From NCBI GenBank assembly GCA_051362555.1, contig CM120640.1:868001-932000 (forward strand): DNA of 64,000 bases. The letters are read 5' to 3'. Every line of letters starts with the position of its first letter. Position 1 is the stretch's first letter. The DNA is from Lingula anatina. Lineage: Eukaryota; Animalia; Brachiopoda. The notes below the pieces were generated by a model. It had not been told where the DNA came from. It did not search any database and worked only from the letters and a program-made list of their open reading frames with translations. Positions 1 through 13,733 of the stretch are shown here, piece by piece. A program made the position numbers and the translations under genes.

Positions 1-1039
1 AAAATTTATTTCTCAATACGACAATGTGCACAACGTAATAGCCAAGATATCACACCTTTTCTGACACCCTACCATTAGAGCCTGCGTCATCAAAACAAAC
101 GGCAGCCATGCTGGAGGGAGACAGGAATCGTCTGCTGCGCATGAACAAGCCATGTCTGTAGTTCAGTTTTCGTTTTCTGTATTTTTTTTCATATTTAACC
201 GAGCAAAATGATGAATTACTGCAGGGTATTTGATCGAGAGAAGGTAACTTACTTTACAAGCGTTCACAGACTGCCTGCAGTGGTAAAAACCCATGGTGAA
301 GGAACTAAAACCATAAACGGAGGAGAGACGGCGAGGTGGCTTTGAATCAAGACTCTTCGGAAAAGTAAAGGATAAAACTAATTTATTTTATTGCAAAGAA
401 TGAAGAGCCAACTGTGCAGATTTACCATAAAAGAAAAAACAGTAGAACACCAAAGACCTAGGTGTGTACGTTTGATATATTTAAAGTAGTGCCCAAAAAG
501 TGTGGATGGAGAGTGTGTTAATTTGTTAAAACGTGTGGAAATACCCAGGCAGGGTTTCGACTTTTATAATGAAGACTCACCTATTGCCTTGGGTGTAATT
601 TGTTATCAGTTACGGTGCTCTCTAGATTTTATCGGCTGTCACCTACCTCTTTTATACCTGGTTAGCATTATTCCCAATTAGTGTCAAGGCTATATTTGTA
701 CTGTACACAGCTGAGCTGGGCCAATTAAATCAATTACCTGTATGAAGTGTATTTGGAAGTTAGTGGCTTAATTTTCGATTTGGTGTGGTGATAAGAGTAA
801 TTTTATTTTGCAAGTAAATTCTACCTCAGGTGTAATTGACATATAACTTTAATAACCTCATGAAATAATTTTGCACTTTCCTCTGTAAAAATGTTAAATT
901 CTGCTCCTTTCAACTGTAATGTTGCAAGTTATAATATGAATAAAAATCACTATTGTTATCTTTCTATTAATTTATGTATTTATGTAGGAAATTGATCAGG
1001 CATTTCCCACCAAGCCACACTGATAGGGTGCAAGTTAAT

Positions 1040-1072
<33 letters not shown>

Positions 1073-1357
1073 GGAAGCTTTTGATGACACACAAGGTAGA
1101 AGCAGCAAAAAATATTCCTAGATCTCTGTGACCAGCTGAGGAGACAGGATCTGAACATCAGGAGAGTGAAATCCAGTGCATGACAGGAGTTATTTAATTG
1201 AAGCGACACTCAGAACTCAGCATTTCATGTTCACTTTTATTCATACAAAATGTGCACTTTTCCTATATGTTTAAGCAAATGGTTGCAGAAATCAATTCAT
1301 GAACTGAATTATTATTTTACATTGGACATCATAAATACATGATTGTGAAAAATGCCT

Positions 1358-2780
1358 TGCTTCTGTGAATGACTGAATAATAATAAAATCCTAACAATGT
1401 TGCTTATATGAATGGTTGCATTCATGGTGAATATTAAACTCTCTCAAACAACAGTCTCATTACATGTGTCTAATGAACCAAAATGAAGTACAAGAATGCT
1501 GAAATAATTTAAAAAGTTGATGATGGTATAGAGCAAATGTTCTGCATACTTTACTTCTGTACTGTATAAACAATAGCATCTGAAAATCCCCAATATAGTT
1601 AGGCTTTACATTAAAAAAAGAGAACAACAAATACCTGATATTGCAGTTTTAAAGTAAATTTAAAATACATGAATTTTGTTCACTGAATACCTAGCAAAAT
1701 ATTCTCAATGCAAATGGTATATAAAATTTTATAAAATCAGTTTGATACAATACTTTTTATGACAGTAGATGTATTTTGAAAACTTATTTACAACACAACT
1801 CACCAGCTTTATTTTGATACAAAGGACACGTCTTTTTCATCATTGACATAGTTTCTATTGCTACATTGATATCAAGTGTATAGTCCCATGGCAAATTCCC
1901 ATTCTCTAACACCCCATTTCCATAGATTAGATCGACCTACTTTAGATCGACCTAACTCTCTGGGGGTTCATGCTAAATAGCTGTCAGCCGGGCAGACACG
2001 AAAGTTAATTACCCCCTTATAGCTTGTAGTAGGCGGGACGGACATTTAAGTCGGATTATCTGAAAGTAATCTAGTGAGACTCCCCACGGGGATAGATAGA
2101 TCTAAAATCTATGGGAATAGAGCCTAAGGCTCTGTTCTCACAACTTTTAGATCGATCTATCACCGCGGGGAGTCTCACTAGATTACTGTCAGATAATCCG
2201 CCTTAAGTGTCCGTCCCCGCCTACTACAAGCTATAAGGGGTAATTAACTTTCGTGTCCGCCCGGCTGACAGCTCTTTAGCGTGAACCCCCAGGGAGTTAG
2301 GTCGATCCAATGTAGGTCGATCTAATCTATGAGAATGGGGTGTAAGTCCCACTTAAACTGAGGTTTGAGGATATTTGTAGTGCCTAACAAATGCTTCTGT
2401 GAATGACTGAACTAATAATAAAATGCTAACAATGCTGCTTATATGAATGAACAACAGTCTTGTTACATGTACTTTCTAATGAACCAAAATGAAGTACAAG
2501 AATGCTGAAATAATTTCTGACAGCTTCACGATGTAAAGATAAGTCATAACTAACAGCAATATTTCATGTCATAAGACAATCATACATTCTTCCTTGAATC
2601 CACAAGGGTTTATCCTAATGATCAGCTCAAATTTTTTATATCTATCCTTTATGAAAACAGTTGCTTCTATTTATGGTTAAACTTATGATTACACATTAAA
2701 CTCTCTCAAACTATAACTGTTATTACCCAATGAACAAGAAAAATGAAGTACAAGATAACTGAACTATCTTCTGACAACAC
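1358..2780. repeat. Three degenerate dispersed copies of a ~100-160 bp AT-rich sequence
   Basis: TGCTTCTGTGAATGACTGAA...AATGAACCAAAATGAAGTACAAGAATGCTGAAATAATTT occurs at ~1358-1510 and ~2392-2517; a more diverged copy (ATTAAACTCTCTCAAAC...AAAATGAAGTACAAGATAACTGAA) lies at ~2695-2780. Confidence 0.65.
1910..2342. mobile_element. Foldback made of two ~215-bp PIF/Harbinger (Tourist-like) MITE copies in inverted orientation
   Basis: 1910-2124 is the near-exact reverse complement of 2128-2342. TAA occurs at 1907-1909, at the centre (2125-2127) and at 2343-2345. Each half has its own imperfect terminal inverted repeats (CACCCCATTTCCATAGA / TCTATGGGAATAGAGCC). A TAA target duplication is typical of PIF/Harbinger. 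Confidence 0.75.
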
Positions 2781-3017
2781 GATGTTGGGTAAGTAGCATT
2801 TAGTAGGATTTCACGTTTTTAGACTGTCTTGAGTTCATATCGGTCGATCCCGCTGATCAGCTGAAGCCTCAGCTTGTATATATCCTTTTCCCTTTGGTGT
2901 CCTTGATCGTGATATGAAGTTTACTTTATTTTATTTGGTTTACCTATATTTACGCTACCATTCCCCGTCGTTCATTCCCTCCAGCATGGCCGCGGGACTA
3001 GTGTTACGGAGCAAATA

Positions 3018-3424
3018 TGACGTCACTGTAATCGGTTAATATCTCCAAATTTTTACCTGAGACTTCTGGTTTTCTAAAAGCCACCTAGCGGCAGACCGGT
3101 TGGAACATTTGCATGACAAACCACTTTGACTGACTTTTTAAACTTTTGAACTGATAGTATTTAAAATGCATCGAATCCATTCAAAAATGTTTTAAAACAA
3201 TTATTCACCATTTTTTGCTGTGATTATTAGAGTTTTTTTTATCAACAAATCTGCGGCGCTAAAAACGGAAGAACGTCATGAAAAGCGTAAACAAAATTCA
3301 AAATCCAATATGGCGGCATATCCAAATTGGAGGAACACCGCTGTATGATCAGTGATTTTTTGTGTTCTACATTTTCAAAGTTTACTGAGATAGTCATATT
3401 ATCTTTATTTAAGTGACATTGCAG
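3018..3424 (+). promoter_or_regulatory. Putative CIP2A promoter and non-coding first exon
   Basis: CRE TGACGTCA 3018-3025; CTCF-like CCGCTAGGTGGC on - at ~3080-3091; ETS-like CGGAAG ~3266; YY1-like AATATGGCGGC 3307-3317; strong donor CAG|GTAAGG at 3424/3425; acceptor AG just upstream of the ATG at 5018. Confidence 0.55.
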
Positions 3425-5017
3425 GTAAGGATATTTTGAGTTTGTCCTGTAATTGTTATCAAGGACCTTTATTTGCTAGATTACCCGATGACTTTGAAAT
3501 GTTTTCGTTGCATCATCCTTACGTGAACTCATGGATTTAATTTTAAGCTTAAATCAATGTACATGGCAATATTGGTATTATCAAGTTATAGACAATCACA
3601 TAAACAACTACATATAATGATATTTATATAAGAATGGCAAATGAATTATATATACAATGAGATATTTAAAAGTAGATGTTGCATACTATTGTAATGAACC
3701 TTTTACATATACCTATGACGTATGTCCTAAACTTATATAATTTTGTACGCTTAATTCAAGCGTGGGCTCGAAATAGGACATTGCATTTTCCTCTAACTTA
3801 GTGGATAACGCAATCCAAAGATTCCACGGTTCGTGTCAGATTTACGTAAGGTCGCTCAAAGAAAACCCAAGTCCACATAATGACCAGTTAAATGATTTAT
3901 TCATTGACGCTCGGTAACTACATATTCTAAATGAAGTCTCCAACTCTTAACTCGTCAGCTCCGTACTCCGTCGCTTCCAATCTCCTCCTCCGCTGCTTCC
4001 TTCTACATGACTCCTGTATCTCTCTCAAGGTATTGCTTATATCCTTATTCCTTATCTACATGTATGGTCCATGACGCAAACTTTAACTACCTTTAATTGT
4101 ATAATTAATTTCTTTACCTCGGCGTCATACATAGGGACCACCTCATTACTCAAGAGCTATTAGACTACAAGACATTACGTCATACGACTTCGTATGATAT
4201 TTATGTCGGACCCGACATATTCCTTCCATTTTTTCCAAAAAAACCCCATTTTTTTTTAATTACTCATGTTGGAGACGTTAACGTAAAAGTAAATGGAATG
4301 TATAAATTGGGGAGATGCCGCATGAGTTTTTTTCCATTTCGTTTGACTTTGTTGGGGTCAGCTATTTACATAGGACATTGTGGAGATGCCACATGATGTA
4401 CTAGGTTCGGGTATAATCTAGACGCTAGGGGCTCTAATCCACCATTGAAAGATTCTAGGTTCGGTACGCGATTCCTGACTTGGGTTATGCCCGGAGAGAA
4501 GAGTAACGCAACACCACTGTTTAGTTACAAAAATCAAAACTCGTTTATTGCCAGGTCGCAGCCTGATTTTATACCTGACTTTGCGTGACAGACTTGTATC
4601 TTTATTGAAACTTTACTATATGTTCCATTTCGTTTGACTTAGACTCGTAGGACTTAGATTTTTGACACTTTTTCAGTATCCTTCAACCCCCACCCTATCA
4701 TATAACCCTTTGCTTTTCAAAATCTTTTAAAAATTGTGGTGACTTTGAGCTGTCTCTGCTATTCAAATTGTTTTCATCCCATTTTCCAGAGTTTTAAAAT
4801 TAGTTCTTAAATTTTCAAAATAGTTTTATAGCAGTGACACTGATCAAAGTTACCACATAAATTAAGATACTGCAAAAGCACCAAAATTTTAAGGAAATTA
4901 GATTGATATTGGTATGGAACTGTAAACAGTTTCAAGGATGCATTAAGAAATTATTGTGATAAGATTATCTTTACTTTCCATGCTGGCATATATTCTAGAT
5001 TTCAGGTAAAAGACAAA

Positions 5018-8000
5018 ATGGAAGCCACTGCGTGTGTGAAGGCAGTTGTGGCAGCTGCAAACTGCTACAGAAACAATAAAAATGAGGGGAATCTCACCCA
5101 GCTCCAGAGGCATTTAGATGTAAGACATGCAATTTTGTCTATTTTGATAAGGAATTTCTTTGAACATTCATGTAATCATGTCTTTGATTTTAAGGTGAAG
5201 TACTTCCTTCCATATGTGATTTAACAGTTTTTATTAACAGAATAGAAAGTTGACTTTCCTTTATACTTTTAACATAGATAAATGTTTGGCTGTTGTGATT
5301 TACTAGTAAGAAACTCTCATAAAGTTATAGTGATTAGGATTTGGTATGATTAAATTAACATTAATGTTCTTAATCTATCTTTTAACAAGGTGCTCATCAG
5401 TATTACTGGGAAGGGATCATCCCTGAAGTTCTTTGACCCGAAGCAGCTCCTCCCTACAGAATGTCTCAGTTGTCTGGTGGACGTCCTCTCTGACCCTCAG
5501 ACCAAACCCTCCTTGGCTCTCAAGACAATGGTGCTACTCAGCAACTTAGGTAAGTCATAGACTGGCATGGAGATTGCACTTATGATATGGATGTAAGTAA
5601 CTTAATGTCATGGAGATTGCACTGATGATATGGATGTAGATCTTAGTATTCAACTGATTGTGTCCATTTTTGAGCCAGGCACTGTGTTAAACTTGTTTAC
5701 TTATATTATGTATTACATTTGTTTATATATCCACTATATCAACAGTGAATAGATCTTATGGTTTTCTCATAAACTGCACCTACAACAGAACTCATGAGTC
5801 CATGTGATATCTTAGCCAGTCGTTAAATATTTTTACTTAGTAAATCTTTTTAACATTGCAGCAAATGACAGTGAAATCCGTCACATGTTACATTCTGTGT
5901 TTCACCTGACGTCGTCATTAGCAACGTTCTTACGCTTGAGCGGGGCCACACCTGCAGACAGATGCTCAGTGCAGGTGAGAGCAGTGAAAGTGATACTTTG
6001 TTTTTGTTGAAAATTACTGCTTGTTTTGTCTTGTCAACTGTCTTGTTAGACATCTTGTCATGACTCAAGAATTGATTTTTAAATTTTTAATATTTGTAAA
6101 TATTTGCTTTACCAGTTGTAAACTTGATGTTGAATCAACATTTAAAATAGACTGGAACATTGTACAACATTGTCTAATGCAGGTTTTGTGAGATGAATAA
6201 GGAAGTTTGATAGAAGAGTAATATTGTCAAGGCCATTGGCTAGATGTCCAGTTGCATAGAATGTAATTGTCATATTTTTATCATGTTTCTATTTTGTTAT
6301 TTCTATTGTTTTCTTTCTATTGTGTTTCTATTGTGTTACATCTTTTGTGTCATTTCAGTGCATGGAACTTCTCCAAAGAATTACCTACAACAGCAAAATA
6401 TCTTACCAGGAAACATATGTTGAAGATTTGATCAATTTTGTTGTCAAGCACATGTAAGTAATGAATATACAATTAACATGCATTTATTTGAAATTAATAG
6501 ATATATTTATACATGGATAAGCATTGACTGTATAGTTTAAGGTAAATGAATAATTAAAACATTTTATTTATAAATGTGCAAAGTGTATGTATTATATATT
6601 ATTTTAATAATTAAAATGAAATGATGACAACTGAATATCATTTACATTTTACATTTATCTATTGTCCAGTCAAGGCAAAGAGACTGACATGACCCAAGCA
6701 TGCCTGGGGTTGTTTGCTAACATGTGCAGGCATAACTTCTCCATACAGACGCATGTGAAGAACTTGGTAAGATATTAACATGGTGTTATTATGTGTAAAC
6801 CTAGAGTTGACCTACCTCCTATCTTGGGGAAAAGATTTATGGCTGCATTTGTCCTAATGGTTGTTTAGAATGAGTAGGTCACAATGGCTACTACGCACTA
6901 ACTCCATGGGGACTATCATTATCTCTCGTTTCCTATGATGTATATAATCACCAAATTTTCTTTATTATACTCAATGCCTGGGGGGGGGGGGGGAGTTAGT
7001 CTGTTAACTTCATTGCATTCAACCAGAGTCTCTGTGGTATAAGTGTGCACTAGCTATTGCAACCCAACTCATTCTGAAGTACGTTTAGTATAAACATACG
7101 TATCTTGAAATTTGATTTCATTGTTGTGAGGTGTTAATATATTCTTTAGCTGAATAGAAGAGTTGTTTTTGTAAAGATTAAATCCATTATTATATATTAT
7201 TATCAGGACAACATCAAAGTGATCTACAAGACCCTAATCTCCTACTTGTCCCATAAGAATCTGACTATGGTGGTGTTTGCCCTCTCTGTACTGGCCAGTC
7301 TCTGTATGCATGAAGATCTGGGAGAAAAGGTAGAAAATAAGAGAATAACATTGTGGCATTAACTTAATTGTGTTAGGAGAAATATATCTATTCAAATCAG
7401 TTACAAATACTTGATTGAAACGATTGTCTGAGGACTAAGAAAATTAAAAGCCATTTTTATTTTATCCTTGTACTTAGCTGGGAAACCTGTATACTGCATC
7501 TCCATCTTTGTTTTAAGAATAAAAAGTGCACTAATTTTCTACAAATTTCCAAATAAAGGAACATCTGCTATGTAATGTAAACTGGGATCTTATCATGTAT
7601 TTTAGCTTTTCAACTCAAAGAACATTCACCAGACATTCCAGCTGATCTTCAATATCATAGTGAATGGAGAGAGCAGCCTCACTCAGCAGTATGCTGTGGA
7701 TCTGTTCATTGATCTCATCAGAAACCCTAGGATACAACACTCACTAGCAATGTAGGTGGCAGCACTTAAAACACATGATGAAAACCTGGGGAAGATAGAT
7801 TTTATATTTACCAGGTTTTTACTCTCAATAATTAAAGTTTAATAAGTAAATAAATAAATAAATGAATAAATAGATAAAACTGCCAGACATTCATACTGGC
7901 AGTTATGAAAACTTTGCCAGGCCAAATGTGTTTTTCCTTAACTGACTAAATTCATAAGGAAAGCTCTTAAAATTGTTGCTGGTCTCATGGAGTGACTGAA

Positions 8001-11000
8001 CACTACTTTCTATCAGTCCATGCAAATTTTATTGGCCATGACTTGTAGGTCTAACAGTTTCAGAATAACTGTAAATTGAGATTAGATTTTTCACAAACTG
8101 TTTTGAGAAAATAGACATTATGTAGGAAAGAGCCAAGTTTCTAAAAATTTGAATGTACTAGTTAGCAGTAATTATTGTTTGATGCCCAGCAGCAACTGCA
8201 GCAGTTTGTTAAACTCTTAGACTATCTGTAGTTCTGAAACTTATGATAATATATTGATACTGATATTGTGTTAAATGTAAGTGAGCTATTGTAGGTGAAT
8301 TACCCTGAGGCTGTGAAGAAACCAGGTGAGACACTGAGGCACTGGCATCAGCCATCAGTGCACCTTTTCCACTTGATTGTCTGGTCAGATATGTTTGGTA
8401 TGTCTTCCAGGTATGACTATCTAGGAGAGTGTATCAAGCAGGTTTTAGGACTGTTGTCTTCTGCCGAAGCAGAGTGCGTAGCAAAGGTTGGTTGTGAAAC
8501 ATTTGGATGTGTTTTTGCCTAATGCACACAAGATTAGAATGGTAGAAATTTAAAAATATAAAGTCATTCTGTAATATGGGAATTATGTTGAAATATTTTC
8601 ACTTTCACTTATTCTTTTTATCTTAATTTCACCATTATGAGAATCCTTTATTGTCATTATGTTTTGACTTTCAGATTTTAGAGCTTCTCCTGGCGTTTAC
8701 CTCTGTACAAGGTGTGAGAGGGAAGATCTGTCTGGCAGTCATGGACTCCCCCTATTTGAAAGTCATGTCCCCTAAAACCAGCACCCCGGCTCAGAAGAGG
8801 TCTTCCCAGACCAACAAGACGCAGGCGTTCTTTGCGTTGGTGCACTGGGGAAGTCAGTCAGTGGACGTCGCAGACAACACTCCTATGCTGGCACTGGAGT
8901 TACTGAAAGAAATCTATGAGGTACTGTCTGTTGTGTTGGTATGTTCTGCAGTAACAGTTTTGATAGAAGCATGATTCAACTGCAGGGTACTGCTGTCGAA
9001 GTTGCGAGCACTTGTTCTTTGTAAGGACCTCTTAATGACGTAAACATTTGCATCAAGTGGGTGTGAATGTGATAAGTATCAGTTTTGTGATATCTGTCAT
9101 CTAAAAAAAATATATATTAATTAAAAATGCGTTGAAAAAGTTTTGTTTGAATACATGTTGTAAATGTTTTGTTTTGTCATATTTCCAGGAGATGATAGAT
9201 TCCAATCTTCTCACCAAGCTGTCACCCAGACTTGACGTCTCATTGCCAATGGTTACAGAGGTTCTGATGTCACAGGTAGACAGCAGCGTGAACCTCAAAA
9301 AGAGGTGCAAGAAAATTGTAAAGGCCATCGAATTATTGAGTGATATCCTTTAGTTTGCTGATTTTGACAAAAGTTTGTCTATCAATTCAAAGTGAGTTCT
9401 TGTAGGGCATGTTCTTTTAACTTGTTAACTTTATCCTTATATATTGTGAGTTGAGTAAGATGAAAAGTAGTATGATATAATTATGTTTAAAGAAATAATT
9501 TTGTTTAAAGAATTGATTTCCTTGACTGTGATCACTGCTGTGTGGAGATGCTAACATGAAGGCCCATGTGGCCGACTCAGTGGACACCAAGACATGTCTG
9601 GACTTACTGGACTACCAGTTTAACCACAACAGGATAGCCATCAACTTCAGCAGGAAGGCTACAGACCTGGATGACTGGAAGTAAGTGGAAATTATACCAA
9701 ACTTTGTTTGTAGGAAGCCAAATTATAAGTCTGAGTAGGAAAAATAAACTTGGCCTAGTGTATTAAGTTGCTATTCAGATGGGACATCCATTTGAGACAG
9801 CCACTGGCAAGTGGTAGCATGAACCATGTAAACATATCTTCAGTATATCTTTAAGATCTATATCTCTCTGTCTAGTTTGTAGATGAGTTAAAAATATTAA
9901 GCAGCCATTTCAAAATCTTTTCTTCCTCACCCCACAGTGAGTCTGGTACAGATGTGGTACTGTGTACCCTGGACTTCATGCTAAGAGCCAAGCGCTACGT
10001 CACCAACATGGAGCAGGCCTTTACAAGAATTCTACAAGACTCTAAGGTTGTTCCTTTCCTGGCTGCTGGGTTAACGTCGGACGTGAGGACCAGGGTCCAG
10101 ACGTCGCTCAGGCTGGTCAGCGCAGGGGCTATAGTAGAGGATTTCCCAAGTTTAATGTAAGAAATTCTGTATTTATGTGCATGTGTGTGTGTGTATGTAT
10201 TTATACATTTTATCTATATTTATAAGTTTTCTGTGTGCTGCTCTTACACTTAAAACTGCCCTGTTGTGATAGTGTGACAGTTGAATAATAGAATCAAATT
10301 TATTTTGTTTCTTTCAGATTGGGAGATGCCATTGCAGCAATCAATTCAGGAAGGAAAGCCAAGCCTGAAAAATCCCAAGGGGACACATTACCTAACTCAC
10401 ACCACTCACAATCAGGTAGAAGACATCACGTTACACAGTAAACATACATGTATGGTTCGAAAATTCTAGAAATAAATTTTTCTTGCTCTTTATTATTATG
10501 TTGCATTCTTAATGGCAGTCTTCTCCACTAATGGTGTTAAGTGATTGAAAAAATTGCTTAGGGAATGTCATAATTTTGCTTGTCAGTAAGTATAACTTTT
10601 TGTGGGGTCAGTTTGTATTTCATTCCTGTCTATTGCGTTCCTAGACGGTATTCTACAAGACAAGGAGAACCTGCCAAGCCTGAGGGAGTCCTGTAAACCT
10701 CCACCCAAGAAGAAGCCGTCCAGGTCCACTTCAGCCATGGATGCCTCCATACAGACCCTCATTGACAAGATGCAGAGCGGAATGGAGGTAGGCATTACAG
10801 ACGTGATTTTTTTTTTTTTTTTTTTACTCCTATTTAAATCTGAAATTTGATTTTTCTTGGTTTTATGACCATAAGTGGTCCTAACACCCCCAGTCATAAA
10901 CCAACCAAGACATTTCTGCCTACTTTGTTGTCTTATAACTCGAAATCAGGTATGATATTGGAAGCATGAAAAGTTAAAAGTTAGGTCCCTAGTTTAGTAA

Positions 11001-13733
11001 AAGTTAGAATACTGTACTGCTTACATGTATAAATTCTCTCCCACCAGAACATTTAGTTGATAACTGTCTATTTTTTTGGCTTGTTTCAGTTAAAGGACAT
11101 TAGAGGCTCAGAAATCATAGATTTATATGAACACAAACTTCAGTCCCTACAGGTGAGGCATATGAATGTTTTTGTTTTTAAACAAATTACATTTAACGAT
11201 GAATTGATTTGGACAAAGCTGGATAGTCAGATTCTAGGCAATTATCAAAGGAACTTGTTTCTGGCAATTTAAAAGGAAATGTAAATTTCTTTTTCTCTTA
11301 CAGGTTTTTCAAAAAAGTATGTGCCATTGTAAAAAGTCACAATTAATTTCTGAATTATTTTTGATATTGACCAAACTATAAAGTTATGCCTTTGTTTGCC
11401 CTTTTTACAGACCAAGGAAAACCACCTTCAAGATTTGCTGGAAGCGAAGGCGTTGGCTTTATCTCAGGCAGACAGACTTATCTCTCAATACAGGTGTAGA
11501 CGTGCACAGTCAGAGGCAGAGGTACAACAACACTTTAGTACCCCATTTGCTTTCTAACCATTTTGAGTTTGTGTTTACCCACTATCTGTAAATTTGAGGC
11601 TGAAGGATGAAAGGGGGGATATCTACATGGATGATATTAGTAGATTTGAAATAACAATAAAAAGATGGTTTAAAAAAGAATTTCTTTTTGCTCCATGCGA
11701 GTATGTTTTCATTACCTTCATCTAGGAAGGTACATTTTTGGTTATGTTAGTTCATCTCTCCATAAGCAACATTATATAAAAAGCTATGGATGGATTTTGA
11801 TGAAGTTTTCATGATAGATCAGAAATAGGCTTAAAAATGATTAGATTTTGGTGATGATCCATTGGTTAATTAATGGTAATTATTAGTTACTCATTTTTTT
11901 TTTTGTGGATGTCTGAACTCTCTGTAAAATGTTCCAGTTTATGTCAAAGTAGAAATATATACTATTTGTATTGTTTCTTGTTGTAGGCTCACAAGTTGAG
12001 GTCCCTACTCCAAGGATCTGAGAAGAAGAGTGAAGAGTACAGGGAGCAGCTGAATGAAATGATGTTAGACAGGGAGAGACTTCAGGAGGAACTGGAGGGG
12101 ACTGTGCAAGAAAACACCAGGTTAAACACAATAGCAGAAGAACACAAAGAACTCTCTCAGCAGTTCGCAGAACAGGCTCAGAGGTATTGACTTCTGTGGT
12201 TATAAGATGAAATAATATATAGATTAAGACTTCTGTTTTGCATTTACAAAAGAGCAGTTACTGTATTTTGTTTATAACGGTTGTGGGTCATGGATAACAT
12301 TCCCTAATACATGATCTTATTTTCTACAAAATAAAACAACAAAAAAATGAATAAAATTTCAAAAAATGAATTAATTAAAATGAATAAGGAGCTTATAAAT
12401 ACTGCAGCAGTAAGGTATTACACCTGTTGTTTTCAGATTGGAGAATACTCAGAGGTCGCTGTCCACACTGAAGCAGGAACACCAGACCATGTCTGAGATG
12501 CATGAGATGCTGAGACGGCACAACGAGACGCTGAAACAACAACATGATGTGTAAGGAAAAGTCTTCAGGACTTGCACTAAAATTCTGTACCACTTAGTCA
12601 ATGAGTGCGTCAGTATGATATTTATTGTTGCCATAAAGTGTGCATGGGTATATAGCTATACAGTTTTAATTTGTGAATCAGACCACAAACAGGAACAGTT
12701 TAATGATACTTGTGTAGACATAAGAGAAAACAGTTTCATGGGGAGATTGCGTTTCATTTCCTTTTTCTGCATTCATTTTTCCAGAGCATCAGAACAGCTT
12801 GTTGAGCTTGAAGAAGAGAGAAAAAATCTTTCTAAACAACTCAAGGAGAAAGACAGTGCAGTAACAGGTAGGGTGTGTTTATTATACAGTTGTTCTTAGA
12901 GGCTGAAATTATTAAGTTCTGCTTATGTGTCATTTTAACAGGTGCCATTTAAATTAAATGGTAGGATTTGCCCTCTGCTACCAATGAGTAAATTTCTGAG
13001 GTAATTTTAAATAAATTTTCTCATTAACACCTGGCTTGTTGCACAGCATTCATGTTTGTAATATATAATTTTTTTTTTATTTTAGAATTGACCAAAAATA
13101 ATAAGAAACGTGAAGAACTACTTAAAAACTTGGAGAAAGAAAAGAAAGATTTAGAACAAGCAATTGATAAACTCCGAACTGAGCTGGCAAAGACAGAACA
13201 AGTGAAGAAAGAACTTCAGCATCAGGTATACCACAAATCACTTGTCCCAGTAAATTAACCACATTTATCAGATTTTGTATCTACATACTTTGTAGTAGGA
13301 TTTAAAATAAATGTAACATTGATGAGTTGAGAATAACTTTGTTACTACGGTTCCAATAAGCAGCTTTTTGTGTGGGTGTGTGGGTGGGTGGGTGGGGGTA
13401 AGCAAAGCAAGTCCTTTAACAGCTGAAGAAAATTTCTATATCATTTGTGTACTTCATCTTAAGAGAAAGCCATGGTCCTGGGACATTCACTTGATAAGTT
13501 CCTACTGTTTGTTTATTGTTCATTTGTGATGAGATAAAGTCATGGTCACTTCCATTTACATGACCACTTATTTCCAGGTGAGTTCTCTAGAAGTTGTCTG
13601 CCACCAGCACGAGGCAGACCTGAGAGAGAAAGAGGCGATTATCAAGGATCAGACGGCCGAGATTGAGAAACACAACCAGATTGCCGCTCTGATACACAAC
13701 CTCAGCAAAGGAAATATTCCAGAGATGAAATGA
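5018..13733 (+). CDS. CIP2A: Protein CIP2A (cancerous inhibitor of PP2A / KIAA1524) orthologue: ARM-repeat N-terminus plus C-terminal coiled coil
   Basis: Exons read by eye: 5018-5119, 5390-5549, 5862-5974, 6359-6453, 6670-6766, 7207-7329, 7606-7751, 8411-8486, 8675-8920, 9189-9342, 9536-9680, 9938-10156, 10318-10415, 10645-10787, 11090-11152, 11411-11521, 11987-12183, 12437-12550, 12785-12867, 13086-13225, 13578-13733. Translation matches remembered human CIP2A motifs: [107 protein letters not shown] at ~14222. Confidence 0.95.
9343..9535 (+). other. U12-type (minor spliceosome) AT-AC intron in CIP2A
   Basis: 5' site ATATCCTTT at 9343, branch point TTCCTTGAC 9518-9526, 3' end ATCAC at 9531-9535. 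Removing it restores the frame [15 protein letters not shown]. Confidence 0.92.

Noticed and set aside
1358-2780. snoRNA cluster
   Set aside because: Repeated blocks contain CTGA and ATGA words, but I could not find well-formed C/D boxes with terminal stems or H/ACA hairpins.
3690-4215. Solo LTR in CIP2A intron 1
   Set aside because: TG...CA ends and a minus-strand AATAAA can be found, but there is no matching TSD or second copy in the window.
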